From positions 124,001 through 188,000 of the forward strand of contig JAANOX010000258.1 in the NCBI GenBank assembly GCA_020184695.1: DNA of 64,000 bases. Direction: 5' to 3'. Below the pieces are notes generated by a model. That model searched no databases and had not been told where the DNA came from. It was given only the letters and a program-made list of their open reading frames with translations. The DNA comes from Histomonas meleagridis 2922-C6/04-290x (Eukaryota > Protista > Parabasalia). Made by a program: the position numbers and the translations under genes. Below, in pieces: positions 11,351 to 22,370 of the stretch. Position 1 is the stretch's first letter; the number at the start of each line of letters is the position of its first letter.

Positions 11351-11593
11351 TTATTGAACTCGAATTGCTGCAAAATACAAAACAAAGAAAAGAATCAGCA
11401 TTAACAATAATGCCCATGTTTGCCTTTGTCGTATTTTTTTGTTCATTTCTTTCCTCTTTTGAGCAAGATTATTTAAATTTTCGATCTTCTGACAAATTGA
11501 TACAATAGCACTTTCATTTTTTAACATTTGAACTTTTAGCTTAAATAAACTTGGGTTATCTTCATTAGTTTCTGCTTCTTTTTTATGTTCCAT
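11351..11593 (-). CDS. Small tail-anchored coiled-coil protein (SNARE-like)
   Basis: 80 aa, coiled-coil followed by a C-terminal hydrophobic TM segment (WALLLMLILFFVLYFAAI). Confidence 0.5.
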   Translation of the reverse strand: MEHKKEAETNEDNPSLFKLKVQMLKNESAIVSICQKIENLNNLAQKRKEMNKKIRQRQTWALLLMLILFFVLYFAAIRVQ

Positions 11594-11632
11594 GTTGTTT
11601 AGGATAGTTTACCCTTTTAATTTGCCCATTTA

Positions 11633-11640
11633 AACGGTTT
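11633..11640 (-). promoter_or_regulatory. M3-like motif (AACCGTTT on minus strand)
   Basis: About 40 nt upstream of ATG 11593; fits the DRCSGYTD consensus. Confidence 0.3.
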
Positions 11641-11835
11641 TAAAAGAAGGATTAAAAACACCGAAATGAACCCATGAATTTTCACATATTTCCTCCTTAA
11701 ATATTTAAAAAAATCAAGGATACATTCATTATTTAAAAAAAAAATCGTGTCATGAAAAAAATGATTAGATATTTAAATGAAAAAAATAAATAAAATTAGA
11801 CTTAATTATTGGCATTTACTTAAAGAAACCGTTGT

Positions 11836-12009
11836 TTACTCTTTCTTTTCCTTCTTTGTTAATCCTGCTTTAGCTCTTTTAACATTTCTAAGGAATTTGC
11901 TGTTCATTCCCTTTGTGAACCAAAGTTGAACATTTCTAGCCTTTTTGATTCCGTTGCGGTGCCATTGGTGACTCCTGTTATGTGCAGATGTATTACTTCG
12001 TTTTGCCAT
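11836..12009 (-). CDS. RPL29: 60S ribosomal protein eL29
   Basis: MAKRSNTSAHNRSHQWHRNGIKKA…KGMNSKFLRN is the L29e signature; 57 aa from ATG 12009. Confidence 0.92.
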   Translation of the reverse strand: MAKRSNTSAHNRSHQWHRNGIKKARNVQLWFTKGMNSKFLRNVKRAKAGLTKKEKKE

Positions 12010-12116
12010 CCGAAAGGCCGACCACAAGAAGAAACCGTTAATTCCACCGTTAATTTTCTGTCTTTTTTTCAACTGAATTATTGAAAGGAAAACGTTTAAA
12101 TGATCTGATTTTTCCA

Positions 12117-13925
12117 ATGATTTCCTTCCACGTTTTATCTGGGAGAGAATGTGATTCTTCCCCTTCACTTCAAATTTCTATTGGGAAAGATGCTTACATA
12201 TTCAATATTCCACCTTTATTAAACCAAAAAAAACAATGTTCATTTTCTAAAAAAACCATCAAGCATTTCTTTGCTACAAGCATTAACCCTGAAGCTACAA
12301 ATGGACATCTTGAAATGGTGTGCAATTATTCCTCACAATTAAATTTTGAAATCACATGTCCGGAAGATTTTGCTGATTTTCAATTAAAAAACTTTGATTA
12401 TAGCGGCTTTGATTCGTACAGTGCCAAAACTACTGATTCTTTTTCTGATAAAAATATTAATGTTCAATCCATTAAAATGTCTAAATCATATTTCTATGAT
12501 GTTCATATACAATCTTCAGAGCGAACCACAAGTTTTAATATTTTCCAAAGTAATGGTGTTAATGGAAAGGACTATATCTGGGAATTATCCAATAAGGGAA
12601 GTGTTACACTTCCAAATGGAATCACAGTTCAAAAAAGCGATGTATTTATTACTGTTACACATAAAGCTAGAGTCCTTATTTGTGATTGTTATGACATTAA
12701 TGATCTCCAATTTCTTCCAACAGACGTTTCAAATTTTTCTGCAATTTTTCACTTCACCTCACCTAATTTATATTCAGAGGTTTACACCGACTTTTTCAAG
12801 TCCAATTCAAATAATTTTTATTTCGCCGATAGCCCTATTCTTATTAATTTAGTTTTTAAGGATTTCAATAAATTTTATCATAATTCCAATGGTATTATAA
12901 CACCACTTTCATTTGAAACAAAATCAATTAATTTACCATCACATTTCAAATCATTACAGCAATTTGAAAATTATAATTTCGTTAACAATAATTTTGTTCC
13001 AACACAAATTGAAACTGAATATGTTCCATTTCAAATATGTCCACTTCCACAAGTGAAAACATTTGGGTTAACAGTGTTAGGGACAACTTCAGGCAAATCA
13101 TCAAGCAGCCGAAGTATTTCTGGATATTTACTTCATACGATTGATGGCTTTATAGCCATTGACACAGGCGAAGGTTATGTTGAGCGTCTTACTCAAAAAT
13201 ATGGGCGCGAAAATGTTAAACACATTTTATTAAATTTAAATGCAATTTATATATCGCATCATCACTTCGATCATATTAATGGGATTTTATTACTGTTAAA
13301 GAAACGATCTGAAGTCACGAACGCCGAAATAAATGTGTTCACTGATGATGAGCTTTATACAGACTTAATGTATAAAGAAGAGAAATTTTATTCGAAAGGA
13401 TATTTCCACATGAAATTTTATGATAGATTTGAGCCAACGCGAATAAAATCGACTTTAATTCGATCAATGAAAGTGAGACATAGAACAACTGATTCTATGG
13501 CGTGTGTGTTTGAGTTGTTTGGTGGATATGTGTTTGCGTATTCCGGTGATAAACTCGGAAGATATGAGGAGAATTTGAAGTTTTCGAATTTCATTGGGAA
13601 TAAATGTGATTTGTTGTTGCACGAATGTACTTATATTGACGCAAAAAACCATTGGGAAAATGCGTTGAAATATATGCATAGTACTATGGATGATGCGTTG
13701 GAGGTGGCAAATATGTGTAACGCAAAATTCGTGTTATTAACACATTTTTCTCAAAGATATAAATATGATGAATACGTCTGCGAACGTGAAAATGTTTGCT
13801 TCGCTTTCGATTATTTGAGTTTCGAGTTCGAAAATATTGAAAATGTTTGGAAATTGTGTAGAGAAAGACAATTGTTGAAACCTGAAAATAAAGGAGTGGC
13901 AATAATATATAAAGTGGAAAAATAA
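12117..13925 (+). CDS. Long-form tRNase Z (ELAC2/Trz1-like metallo-beta-lactamase)
   Basis: DTGEG, ISHHHFDHING (HxHxDH), YSGD, LLHECT and LTHFSQRY motifs in the C-terminal half; degenerate N-terminal half. Confidence 0.88.
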   Translation: MISFHVLSGRECDSSPSLQISIGKDAYIFNIPPLLNQKKQCSFSKKTIKHFFATSINPEATNGHLEMVCNYSSQLNFEITCPEDFADFQLKNFDYSGFDSYSAKTTDSFSDKNINVQSIKMSKSYFYDVHIQSSERTTSFNIFQSNGVNGKDYIWELSNKGSVTLPNGITVQKSDVFITVTHKARVLICDCYDINDLQFLPTDVSNFSAIFHFTSPNLYSEVYTDFFKSNSNNFYFADSPILINLVFKDFNKFYHNSNGIITPLSFETKSINLPSHFKSLQQFENYNFVNNNFVPTQIETEYVPFQICPLPQVKTFGLTVLGTTSGKSSSSRSISGYLLHTIDGFIAIDTGEGYVERLTQKYGRENVKHILLNLNAIYISHHHFDHINGILLLLKKRSEVTNAEINVFTDDELYTDLMYKEEKFYSKGYFHMKFYDRFEPTRIKSTLIRSMKVRHRTTDSMACVFELFGGYVFAYSGDKLGRYEENLKFSNFIGNKCDLLLHECTYIDAKNHWENALKYMHSTMDDALEVANMCNAKFVLLTHFSQRYKYDEYVCERENVCFAFDYLSFEFENIENVWKLCRERQLLKPENKGVAIIYKVEK

Positions 13926-14699
13926 GAAAAAATTTGTAATAAAATGTTGTTTTAAATGTGTTGCAGTAAAAATTAAATCAAAAATATTTTTTGTTTTTTG
14001 AGTAACACACCATATTTTACATATCATTGAAATACTTTAATAAAAATTTAATCAATAAAAATAATATTAATATTATTTAACTTAGAAATTTTCGAAAATT
14101 ACGAGATTTAAAACTTTATGAAATATGTTCTTTCACTAATCATAAAAATATCACATTAATTAATTATAATAATATATTTATTTATATCAAAATGTCTTTT
14201 TCATTTCATACACTGTCATTTCGAGTTGAAACACTCATAAGTGTTGATTGAAATATTGTAAATAATTTCTAAATAATATTTTGCAATATACAATTTCAAT
14301 AAAAAAAAAAATACTTTAAGCATTAATATCAATTTTTTTTATTTGTTCAAGAAATAAATTTACTATTTCAATACAATTAACAGGTACCCAAATAAATCCT
14401 GTATAAAAGAATATAAATAATTTCCAAATATTTTTAAAGTGCATTTTATGAGTTATTGATATCTTATATCAAAAACATAAATCTCTTTCCCATGAAAGAT
14501 CAATGTTCTAAATATTTTGAATAATTTTTAAATATTATTTTGAAATATTATTATTAAGTATAAATTTTCCAACTTCAAATTTTTTTGTTTTATACGAAGA
14601 AGTTATTTATAATCATTTATAAACAAGAATTCATAAAGTTCAAATTATTTAACATTTTCCCATAAATTTGCAAAACAAATAAATATAATATTTTATTAT

Positions 14700-17342
14700 T
14701 TATTCCATTACATTTTCATTCGCCATTACAAAGTATTTTCTTGCCTCTACGTTATCCACGTTTATTAGCATCATAGCGCATTGATACATTGCATCGACGT
14801 TACCATTTTGGGCGGACATTTTAAAATATATTAATGCTTCATCATCATCGCAATTAACTCCGACTCCCAAATGTTTAATCAGCGCGTATTGATACATTGC
14901 GTTTATGTGACCTCCGTCAGCAGCCTTTTTCATATAAAAAGCGCTTTCAAGCAAATTTTTCTTTATTCCATATCCACCAGTTTTAATTATCAATGCATAT
15001 CTATACGCAGCATCGACATGTCCTCTATCCGCAGCTTCTTTCAAACATTTCATCGATAAAATGTTATTATTATTATTATTCGAAGAAGTTAATTGTAAAA
15101 TCAAAGAATATAAATATAACGCATTCGTGTTATCTTTCGAAGCGGCTTTAAATAATTCGATTATTTCGTTATGTTTTAGATATGAATTTTTATTAGTCAA
15201 AAACTCTAAAGCTTTTAAATATAATTTATCATTCATGAAGTTATTATCATTCGAAATCATTTTAAAATATTTCGTTGATAAATCTTTTTGCTTAGGATTC
15301 GACTTTATTAACAATGCGTATTGATATATTGCTTCAATTATACCATTATCAGCAGCTTTCTTTAAGTATATTAATAACTCATTTTCATCATTCGATAGAA
15401 ATAACATTAAAACATATTGATACAATGCATAAATATTATTATTATCAGAAGCAATTTGAAAATATTTTTTCGCTTCTTTAATACTCTTTCGTATGTTATG
15501 GCAACCAGTTAATTTCATAATCGCATAATGATAAATCGCATCAACGTTATTTAAATCCGCGGCTTTCTTAAAGTATTTTGCGGATTCATTTCGATATTCA
15601 ACAACGTTATCATTATATTGCATTATTAACGCGCAACGATATAACGCAGGAAAATATGATAAACTCGAAGAAAGTTGAAGCATTTTCATCGCTTCTTCTT
15701 CATTCTTTGGAATAGTTATACCGAAATGTAAAAACATATACATTTGATACATAGCGATTTTTTCGTTACCATTTTCTACGGATATTTTAAAATATTTTAT
15801 AATGTCATTAAGTCGCTCATAAAATATTTTACTTGTTTCTAATAATAAAGCATATTGCAAACATCCTTTAATGATTCCATTATCAGCGGATATCTTTAAA
15901 TAATGCGCAATTTCATTTAAATTAGTTTTAGGCTTTAATTTTAATAGTTGCGAAAGTTCAAAAGAAGATTTCCCATCGCCTTTATCAGCAGCGATTTTGA
16001 AGTATTTTATTGATTCTTTTTCATTAGTTTCTTTTAACATTAATGCGTATTGATATGCTGCTTCAATAATTCCATTATCAGCAGCGATTTTAAAGTTCTC
16101 AATAATTTGCTTTTGAGTTAATCCAATTTTACTTCCTAATATCGCTAATTTATATATCGCTTCATAATTTCCTTTTTCGGACGCAATTTTATAATATTTC
16201 GCAGCTTTATTTATTTCGTTGTTGCTTTCTAACATATTTCCGTATTGTAAAATCCCATCAATGTTTCCGTTTTTCGCGGCCATTTTGAAGTATTTTTTCG
16301 ATTCTTCTAAATTAATATGTGCGCCAATGCCTTTTTGTAAAAGAAGGCCATATTCAACCATAGACTCGACATGGCCGCAATCTGCGGCTGCTTGAAAGTA
16401 TCGCGCGGCTTCCCGAAAGTGTTTTGTTTCGGATGTTCCGCGTTTTTTCATCATTAATGCATAACGATACATTCGTTCCGGATCACCTTGTGGTTTATTA
16501 GGCTTGTCGTTAAGTAAAAGTGATTTATATTCATTAAATGATGCTACGTCGGTGCCGGGATATAAATAATTTTCTTCTGATAATATTCGTATGAGATAAT
16601 TTAATGTCGGCCGATCACTGGGTTTGGTTGACCAACAAAGTTCTATAAGCTGTTGGATATGTTCTGGAATGGAACCGGGTAAAATAGGGCGTTCTCCATC
16701 AATGACAAAATCACCAAGATCAACTAATGGTAATGATTCATCAAATGGTGACTCTTGGACATATATAAAACATAGAAGCATACCAAATGAATAAATATCG
16801 ATGGATGGAGTATAATCATTTGTTCCTAAAAAAATTTCGGGCGCACAATATTGGGAATTAGCTGTAATGGAATTGACACTAATATCCATGATCTTAGGTG
16901 TAAAATCAGATGAAATAAGAATATTACTAGGTTTGAGATTACCATGAATAATATTATTTTCATGAAGTTTGCTTAAACCAACTGCAGTACCAAATATGAT
17001 CTTTGATATCACTGTCGGATTATACCATTTTGGAGGATTCTTTTTTGATATTTTTATGATTAAATCTTCAAGTGAGCCATTTGGATAATATTCAGAAACA
17101 AGACGTAAAGAGTGACCAGATTGAGGATTTATTTTACCGATAATTTTTCCAATTGATGGGTGATTGATTTTACAAAATTCAGTGATTTTTTTTTCAACTT
17201 GTTCTGATATTGAAATCAGATCAAAATATTCTTTAAAAGCAAAAACTTTCTTACTTACAATATTTTCATACAAAATAATTGTGCCTGATTTTCCAAGCTT
17301 TCTGAGAATGCGATACTGATTTATATCAAAAGATCCATCCAT
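14700..17342 (-). CDS. Protein kinase (TKL-like) with many C-terminal Sel1 repeats
   Basis: IHGNLKPSNIL, YCAPE and DIYSFG kinase motifs followed by repeated AADxGxxEAxYxYA units; one uninterrupted ORF. Confidence 0.85.
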   Translation of the reverse strand: MDGSFDINQYRILRKLGKSGTIILYENIVSKKVFAFKEYFDLISISEQVEKKITEFCKINHPSIGKIIGKINPQSGHSLRLVSEYYPNGSLEDLIIKISKKNPPKWYNPTVISKIIFGTAVGLSKLHENNIIHGNLKPSNILISSDFTPKIMDISVNSITANSQYCAPEIFLGTNDYTPSIDIYSFGMLLCFIYVQESPFDESLPLVDLGDFVIDGERPILPGSIPEHIQQLIELCWSTKPSDRPTLNYLIRILSEENYLYPGTDVASFNEYKSLLLNDKPNKPQGDPERMYRYALMMKKRGTSETKHFREAARYFQAAADCGHVESMVEYGLLLQKGIGAHINLEESKKYFKMAAKNGNIDGILQYGNMLESNNEINKAAKYYKIASEKGNYEAIYKLAILGSKIGLTQKQIIENFKIAADNGIIEAAYQYALMLKETNEKESIKYFKIAADKGDGKSSFELSQLLKLKPKTNLNEIAHYLKISADNGIIKGCLQYALLLETSKIFYERLNDIIKYFKISVENGNEKIAMYQMYMFLHFGITIPKNEEEAMKMLQLSSSLSYFPALYRCALIMQYNDNVVEYRNESAKYFKKAADLNNVDAIYHYAIMKLTGCHNIRKSIKEAKKYFQIASDNNNIYALYQYVLMLFLSNDENELLIYLKKAADNGIIEAIYQYALLIKSNPKQKDLSTKYFKMISNDNNFMNDKLYLKALEFLTNKNSYLKHNEIIELFKAASKDNTNALYLYSLILQLTSSNNNNNNILSMKCLKEAADRGHVDAAYRYALIIKTGGYGIKKNLLESAFYMKKAADGGHINAMYQYALIKHLGVGVNCDDDEALIYFKMSAQNGNVDAMYQCAMMLINVDNVEARKYFVMANENVME

Positions 17343-17598
17343 CTACCAAAAGAACGTTAAATTTTAGGATACCCCAAAAATTTCCAAAAAAATAAATAAC
17401 AAATAAAAATTTAACAAATTCAACTTGAAGGTGTTTTTCATTTTTTTAACACCAATATATTACATATTCGTTATGAGTAAAGTTATCTCTCAACATTTAC
17501 AATAAAATTTTTTCAAATATAATAATTTTAATTTTTCCCATTTATTACGTTTCATGTTAAATCCATTTCAATAAATTATATGTTACCGAAACCAATTT

Positions 17599-18225
17599 TT
17601 AGTAAAATTGATTGTAGTTTACTTGTTGTGTGACAGGAATTGTGGCAGGTACTTGAACATAAACATGTTGTTCATCCTCTACCAATGGTATTGATTGAGT
17701 TTCAGCGTCTTGTGGTAGTCCATAGTTTGTTGCCCGTAAGTATAAAAAGAATAATACATGAGTTATTGTATAGTATACAAGTACGGCAGCATTTTTACCA
17801 TTGTAGTTAAAACACCTGGTGATAGCTTCGTTTGTCATTCTTTCTGAATGATTTAAAAATTGTTCGCATCTTGTTGGTCTTGTTGCTATCGTACTAATAA
17901 TGTAATTAATAATTGTACATAAACTGATGATTGCTGCTGCGTATATGAAAAATTTGGCAGCGCATTTGCTTTGGCAACAACGACAGCTGCAGCAGCAATT
18001 GAACCAAACTAAAAATGCAAAGAATACCTCTATTGGTAATAAAATCATTTCTGAAAATGCATTAGAAAAGAAATCAACTGCCTTATCTTTTGAATAAAGG
18101 AAAGTTCCATCGTTCATCCACTTTATAGAAATAACAAATGACATTATTATCCCTGAAAAGTAAAAGAACACCATCATTACATTTATAATAGTTGTGGCCT
18201 TTACTTGAAATTGCCCATCGAACAT
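17599..18225 (-). CDS. Four-TM membrane protein, function unknown
   Basis: Four hydrophobic segments, a Cys-rich inner loop and a polar tail. Confidence 0.6.
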   Translation of the reverse strand: MFDGQFQVKATTIINVMMVFFYFSGIIMSFVISIKWMNDGTFLYSKDKAVDFFSNAFSEMILLPIEVFFAFLVWFNCCCSCRCCQSKCAAKFFIYAAAIISLCTIINYIISTIATRPTRCEQFLNHSERMTNEAITRCFNYNGKNAAVLVYYTITHVLFFLYLRATNYGLPQDAETQSIPLVEDEQHVYVQVPATIPVTQQVNYNQFY

Positions 18226-18643
18226 TATAATATGATGTTAATTGGACGGTTATATTTTTTTGAAAAAATTGAAATTCAAATAACTATAAAACATACAAAA
18301 TTGGTATTGAAAATTTCTATCGTTGCGCCACAAGGTAAAATAATCGCCAAATGTTCAAAATTTATAGATTCTGCAAGGTGATAGCACAAATATATAATTT
18401 TATGTATTCCCTGTTTCAAAGTTAGTTCTATTAAATCAATAGTATTTACTATAAATCAATTCATATATGTATAAATATTGTTGTGTCATTTCAAAAATAA
18501 TTGATATCTAACATCCAGAAAAAATACTTTTCAACAAGTGATGCAGACTTAACTTTTATTGAAAGATAATTTTTGTTATGTTAACTTTTGGGGGTGCACC
18601 AAAAAATATTTTGTAAATCATTTTTTTTAATTTTGAATCCATT

Positions 18644-20469
18644 TCACAAATCACTTTTCCCACAAAGTAATTTAACTATTTCTGTATGACCTTTTTTAGA
18701 TGCAAATATAAGTGCTGTATTAAATAATGTAAATAATTTCCAAATATTATTTTGAAATATCAAAATATCAAAATAATAATTAAACAAAACATATAAATAT
18801 CTTTAGCATTAATATCAATTCCTTCTTGCTCAAGAAGTAATTTAACTATTTCTGTATGACCATATTCAGATGCAAACATAAGTGCTGTCCAAAATGATTT
18901 AAACAATTTCCAAATATTATTTTGAAATATGAAATTATTAAAATAAATTTTAAATAAAACAAATAAATATCTTTAGCATTAATATCAATTCCTCCTTGTT
19001 TAAGAAGTAATTTAACAATTTCTGTATTACCATATCTAGATCCTGTTATAAGTGCTGTCCAAAATGATTGAAACAATTTCTAAATATTATTTTGAAATAT
19101 CAAAATATTAAAATAAATCTTAAACAAAACAAATAAATAACATTAGCATTAATATCAATACCTTTTTGTTCAAGAAGTAATTTAACAATTTCTGTATTAC
19201 CATTTTTAGATGAAAAAAAAAGTGCTGTATTAAATATTTTAAATAATTTCCAAATATTATTTTGTAATAGAAAATTATAAAAATAAATTTTAAACAAAAC
19301 AAATTAATATTTTTAGCATTAATATCAATTCCTTCTTGTTCAAGAAGTAATTTAACTATTTCTGTACGACCATTTTCAGATGCATACATAAGTGCTGTTT
19401 CAAATAATTTAAATAATTTCCAAATTTTATTTTGAAATATTAAATTATTAAAATTAATATTAAATAAAACAAATAAATATCTTTAGCATTAATATCAATT
19501 CCCTTTTGTTCAAGAAGTAATTTCACTATTTTTATATGACCATTTGAAGATGCATAAATAAGTGCTGTATCAAATATTTTAAATAATTTCCAAGCAATAT
19601 TTTAAAATATGAAATTATTAAAACAAACCCAAAATAAAACAAATAAATATTTTTAGCATTAATATCAATTCCTTTTTGTTTAAGAAGTAATTTAACTATT
19701 TTTGTATGACCTTTTTCAGATGCATACATAAATGCAGTTTTAAATAACTTAAAAAATTTTCATATATTTTTATATAATATTAAATAAAACATATAAATTT
19801 TATCTTTATTAATATCAATTCCTTCTTGTTTAAGGAGTAACTGAACGATTTCTGTATGACCATTTGAAGATGCATAAATAAGTGCTGTTTCAAATAATTT
19901 AAATAATTTCCAAATATTATTTTAAAATATAAAATTATTAAAATAAATATTAAATGAGACAAATAAACATCTTTAGCATTAATTTCAATTCCTTTTTGTT
20001 CAAGAAGTAATTTAACTATTTCTGTATGACCATTTGAAGATGCTTTCATAAGTGCTGTCCAAAATAATTTAAATAATTTCCAAATATTATTTTGAAATAT
20101 AAAATTATTAAAATAAATTTTAAACAAAACAAATTAATATTTTTAGCATTAATATCAATTCCTTCTTGTTCAAGAAGTAATTTAACTATTTCTGTATGAC
20201 CATATTCAGATGCAAACATAAGTGCTGTTTTAAATGATTGAAACAATTTCTAAATATTATTTTGAAATATGAAATTATTAAAATAAATTTTAAATAAAAC
20301 AAATAAATATCTTTAGCATTAATATCAATTCCTTCTTGTTCAAGAAGTAATTTAACTATTTCTATATGACCATTTGATGATGCCAAAATAAGTGCTGTTA
20401 CAAATATTTTAAATAATTTCCGAATATTACTTTATAATATCAAATTATTATAAATAATTTTATAAATAA
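18644..20469 (-). repeat. Tandem array with 170-nt period (102-nt ankyrin unit + 68-nt insert); one 150-nt unit
   Basis: The caagaagtaa-type motif recurs at 20341, 20171, 20001, 19831, 19681, 19511, 19341, 19171, 19001, 18831 and 18661. Confidence 0.95.
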
Positions 20470-21486
20470 TCGATAAACATCATTAGAAATATCATTAAAA
20501 TTAATTACGTTTTGTTCAAGTAAAAAGTTAAATATTTTAAAATTAATAAATCTATTAGATAAAAGTATTTTTAAAAGTTCAACAGAATATTTGATTTCTC
20601 CAATTTTATTTTCATATAAATATTTAAATATGTCATTTTTATGGAGCTTAATTGATGCTTTTATAGATCCTTTAAAAGATGAATGATTTTGTTCACACAA
20701 ATGAATAATCTCCAGATTTCCACCTGCAACTGCATATTTTCCTGTATTATATACATTTACACCATTAATAAGTAAATGCTTAAAACATTTAATTGATCCA
20801 AAAAATGCTGCATAATCAATTAATGTAACATTTTCTTTATTAACAAATGAACATCTTTCATAAAGTGATGGCTCAATTTTTTGATTAAAATCAAAGTTTT
20901 CTTGTGATGATATTTCTTGAAGTTTTTCGATTTCATCATTTCGAATTATTTTGGCAATTTCGTTTGGATTAACTCCTTCTTTAATATATTGTTTATGAAG
21001 TTCCCAATCATTTCGTGAAAGTTCTTCATAACTTATTTTATGATATTTATGTGATGATAAATCATATTGAATTTGTAAATCATCTACTGATTTATTTGGA
21101 AAATGATGTGCGAAATAAAATATGTTTATGCCCTCAACTAATTTTGATGATATTAAATTCATTTCAATCATTTTTTCTAGAATAAAATATGATTCTTGTG
21201 AATCTATACCAAGAAGAAAATCTGTAAACCTATTAATCAATTCATTATGTTCATTTTCTTTGATTTCAATTTGTTTCATGAAATTAATATATAAACTAAA
21301 ATCTTTTTCTTGTGAAAGAAATGATGAATATATCAATCTACTGATAATAAAGTTTGAATAAGGAGATATATCATTATTTTTTATTAGGAGAATGACTGAA
21401 TAAATAGATTCGAAAATGTTGTCTTCTCTTAAATTAAAAATAATTTCTTCAAGAGATTCTAAATCTTGCAATAATTTTGTTGTCAT
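18644..21486 (-). CDS. Ankyrin gene B: DUF3447-like N-terminus plus 11 ankyrin segments separated by 11 intervening sequences (about 704 aa if removed)
   Basis: ORF 21486-20470, then 102-nt stop-free ankyrin segments starting at 20401, 20231, 20061, 19891, 19741, 19571, 19401, 19231, 19061 and 18891. A terminal segment at 18721 ends LLCGKSDL* (TGA 18646-18644). Confidence 0.8.
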
Positions 21487-22370
21487 ATGGGAAAATTTAC
21501 TTTTGGTCGAGTTTTCAGTTCACATGTCATAATTTCATTTAAATTTAGTGTTGCTTTGGAATGAAAATTTCTCGAAATCATATCAAAGAAATTCGGTTAA
21601 ACCTATATACGCAGAATATATTAATCAATTTCTATCTCATCGTCCAATTTTTTTTTAACAAATGGAATAATTAATGTCATATAATGAAAAATTGTATATG
21701 AACACTATTTCATAAAACTTTAATATTACATGATAGATTGTATTCAAATATACCAAATATAATAAAAATATTAGAATTACTACTTCACGTATACTGTTCG
21801 ATGTATCCCACTTTACTGCTTTTCATGAGGGGAATATTATGACATCTTATACAACAATGTAATACAATGTATTAAATATCACAAGATAAACGAACAATCA
21901 GCATAAACACAGAAGAAGCTGAAAAAGTCAACAATTTGATAAACAATGAATAAGTTTTCAGCAGTTTCAAATGTACAATGCTAGCGAAGATCTAATTACA
22001 GCAGGTTTTAATGAAAGTAATGAATTTGTTAGAAGATTTTAAACATATTATTTTTCTAAAGTTTAAAAATAGATAATATTCGTGAATATACCCTATAGCT
22101 AATCATTGTGTCGATTCTATAGTGCAAAAATAATAGAAATAGTTCTAAATTGAACAACTTTTTCTTGTTATTTCAAACTATAATATGCATTTATTATTTC
22201 AAAAATAAAAAAGAGAAATTCAATTTGATCTTTTTTAAACGACCGTTTATTATTCGATAGGAGAGAATTGATCAATTCTGTTGAAATATTGTTTACATCG
22301 CAATTTCTGAAAGACAAATTTTTGAATGGTGAACGGCTTTTTATTTGAATGCAAAATGATCGTATTTCAT

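Noticed and set aside
20288-20294. In-frame slippery heptamer U_UUA_AAA inside many 68-nt inserts, suggesting -1 ribosomal frameshifting through each unit
   Set aside because: The first insert of gene B hits a frame-0 stop (20442) before passing the -1-frame stop (20434). Insert lengths fall in all three classes mod 3, and in-frame inserts contain stops, so one shift mechanism cannot explain them.
20224-20300. Canonical GT-AG intron using TTT|GTTTTAT and the ACAG in ACA-GCA
   Set aside because: That splice gives the wrong frame and deletes the conserved Thr. The GT is not position-conserved, and gene D inserts have no AG nearby.
18846-20386. Short ORF-track entries (e.g. 19120-19389, 20046-20246; also 5381-5668, 53606-53827, 63156-63434) as separate genes
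   Set aside because: They are single ankyrin segments read into or out of inserts, with TTG/ATG starts inside the insert.
18644-20469. CRISPR-like repeat-spacer array
   Set aside because: Both alternating parts are homologous across units (no unique spacers), the 102-nt part is protein-coding, the context is eukaryotic, and no cas genes are present.
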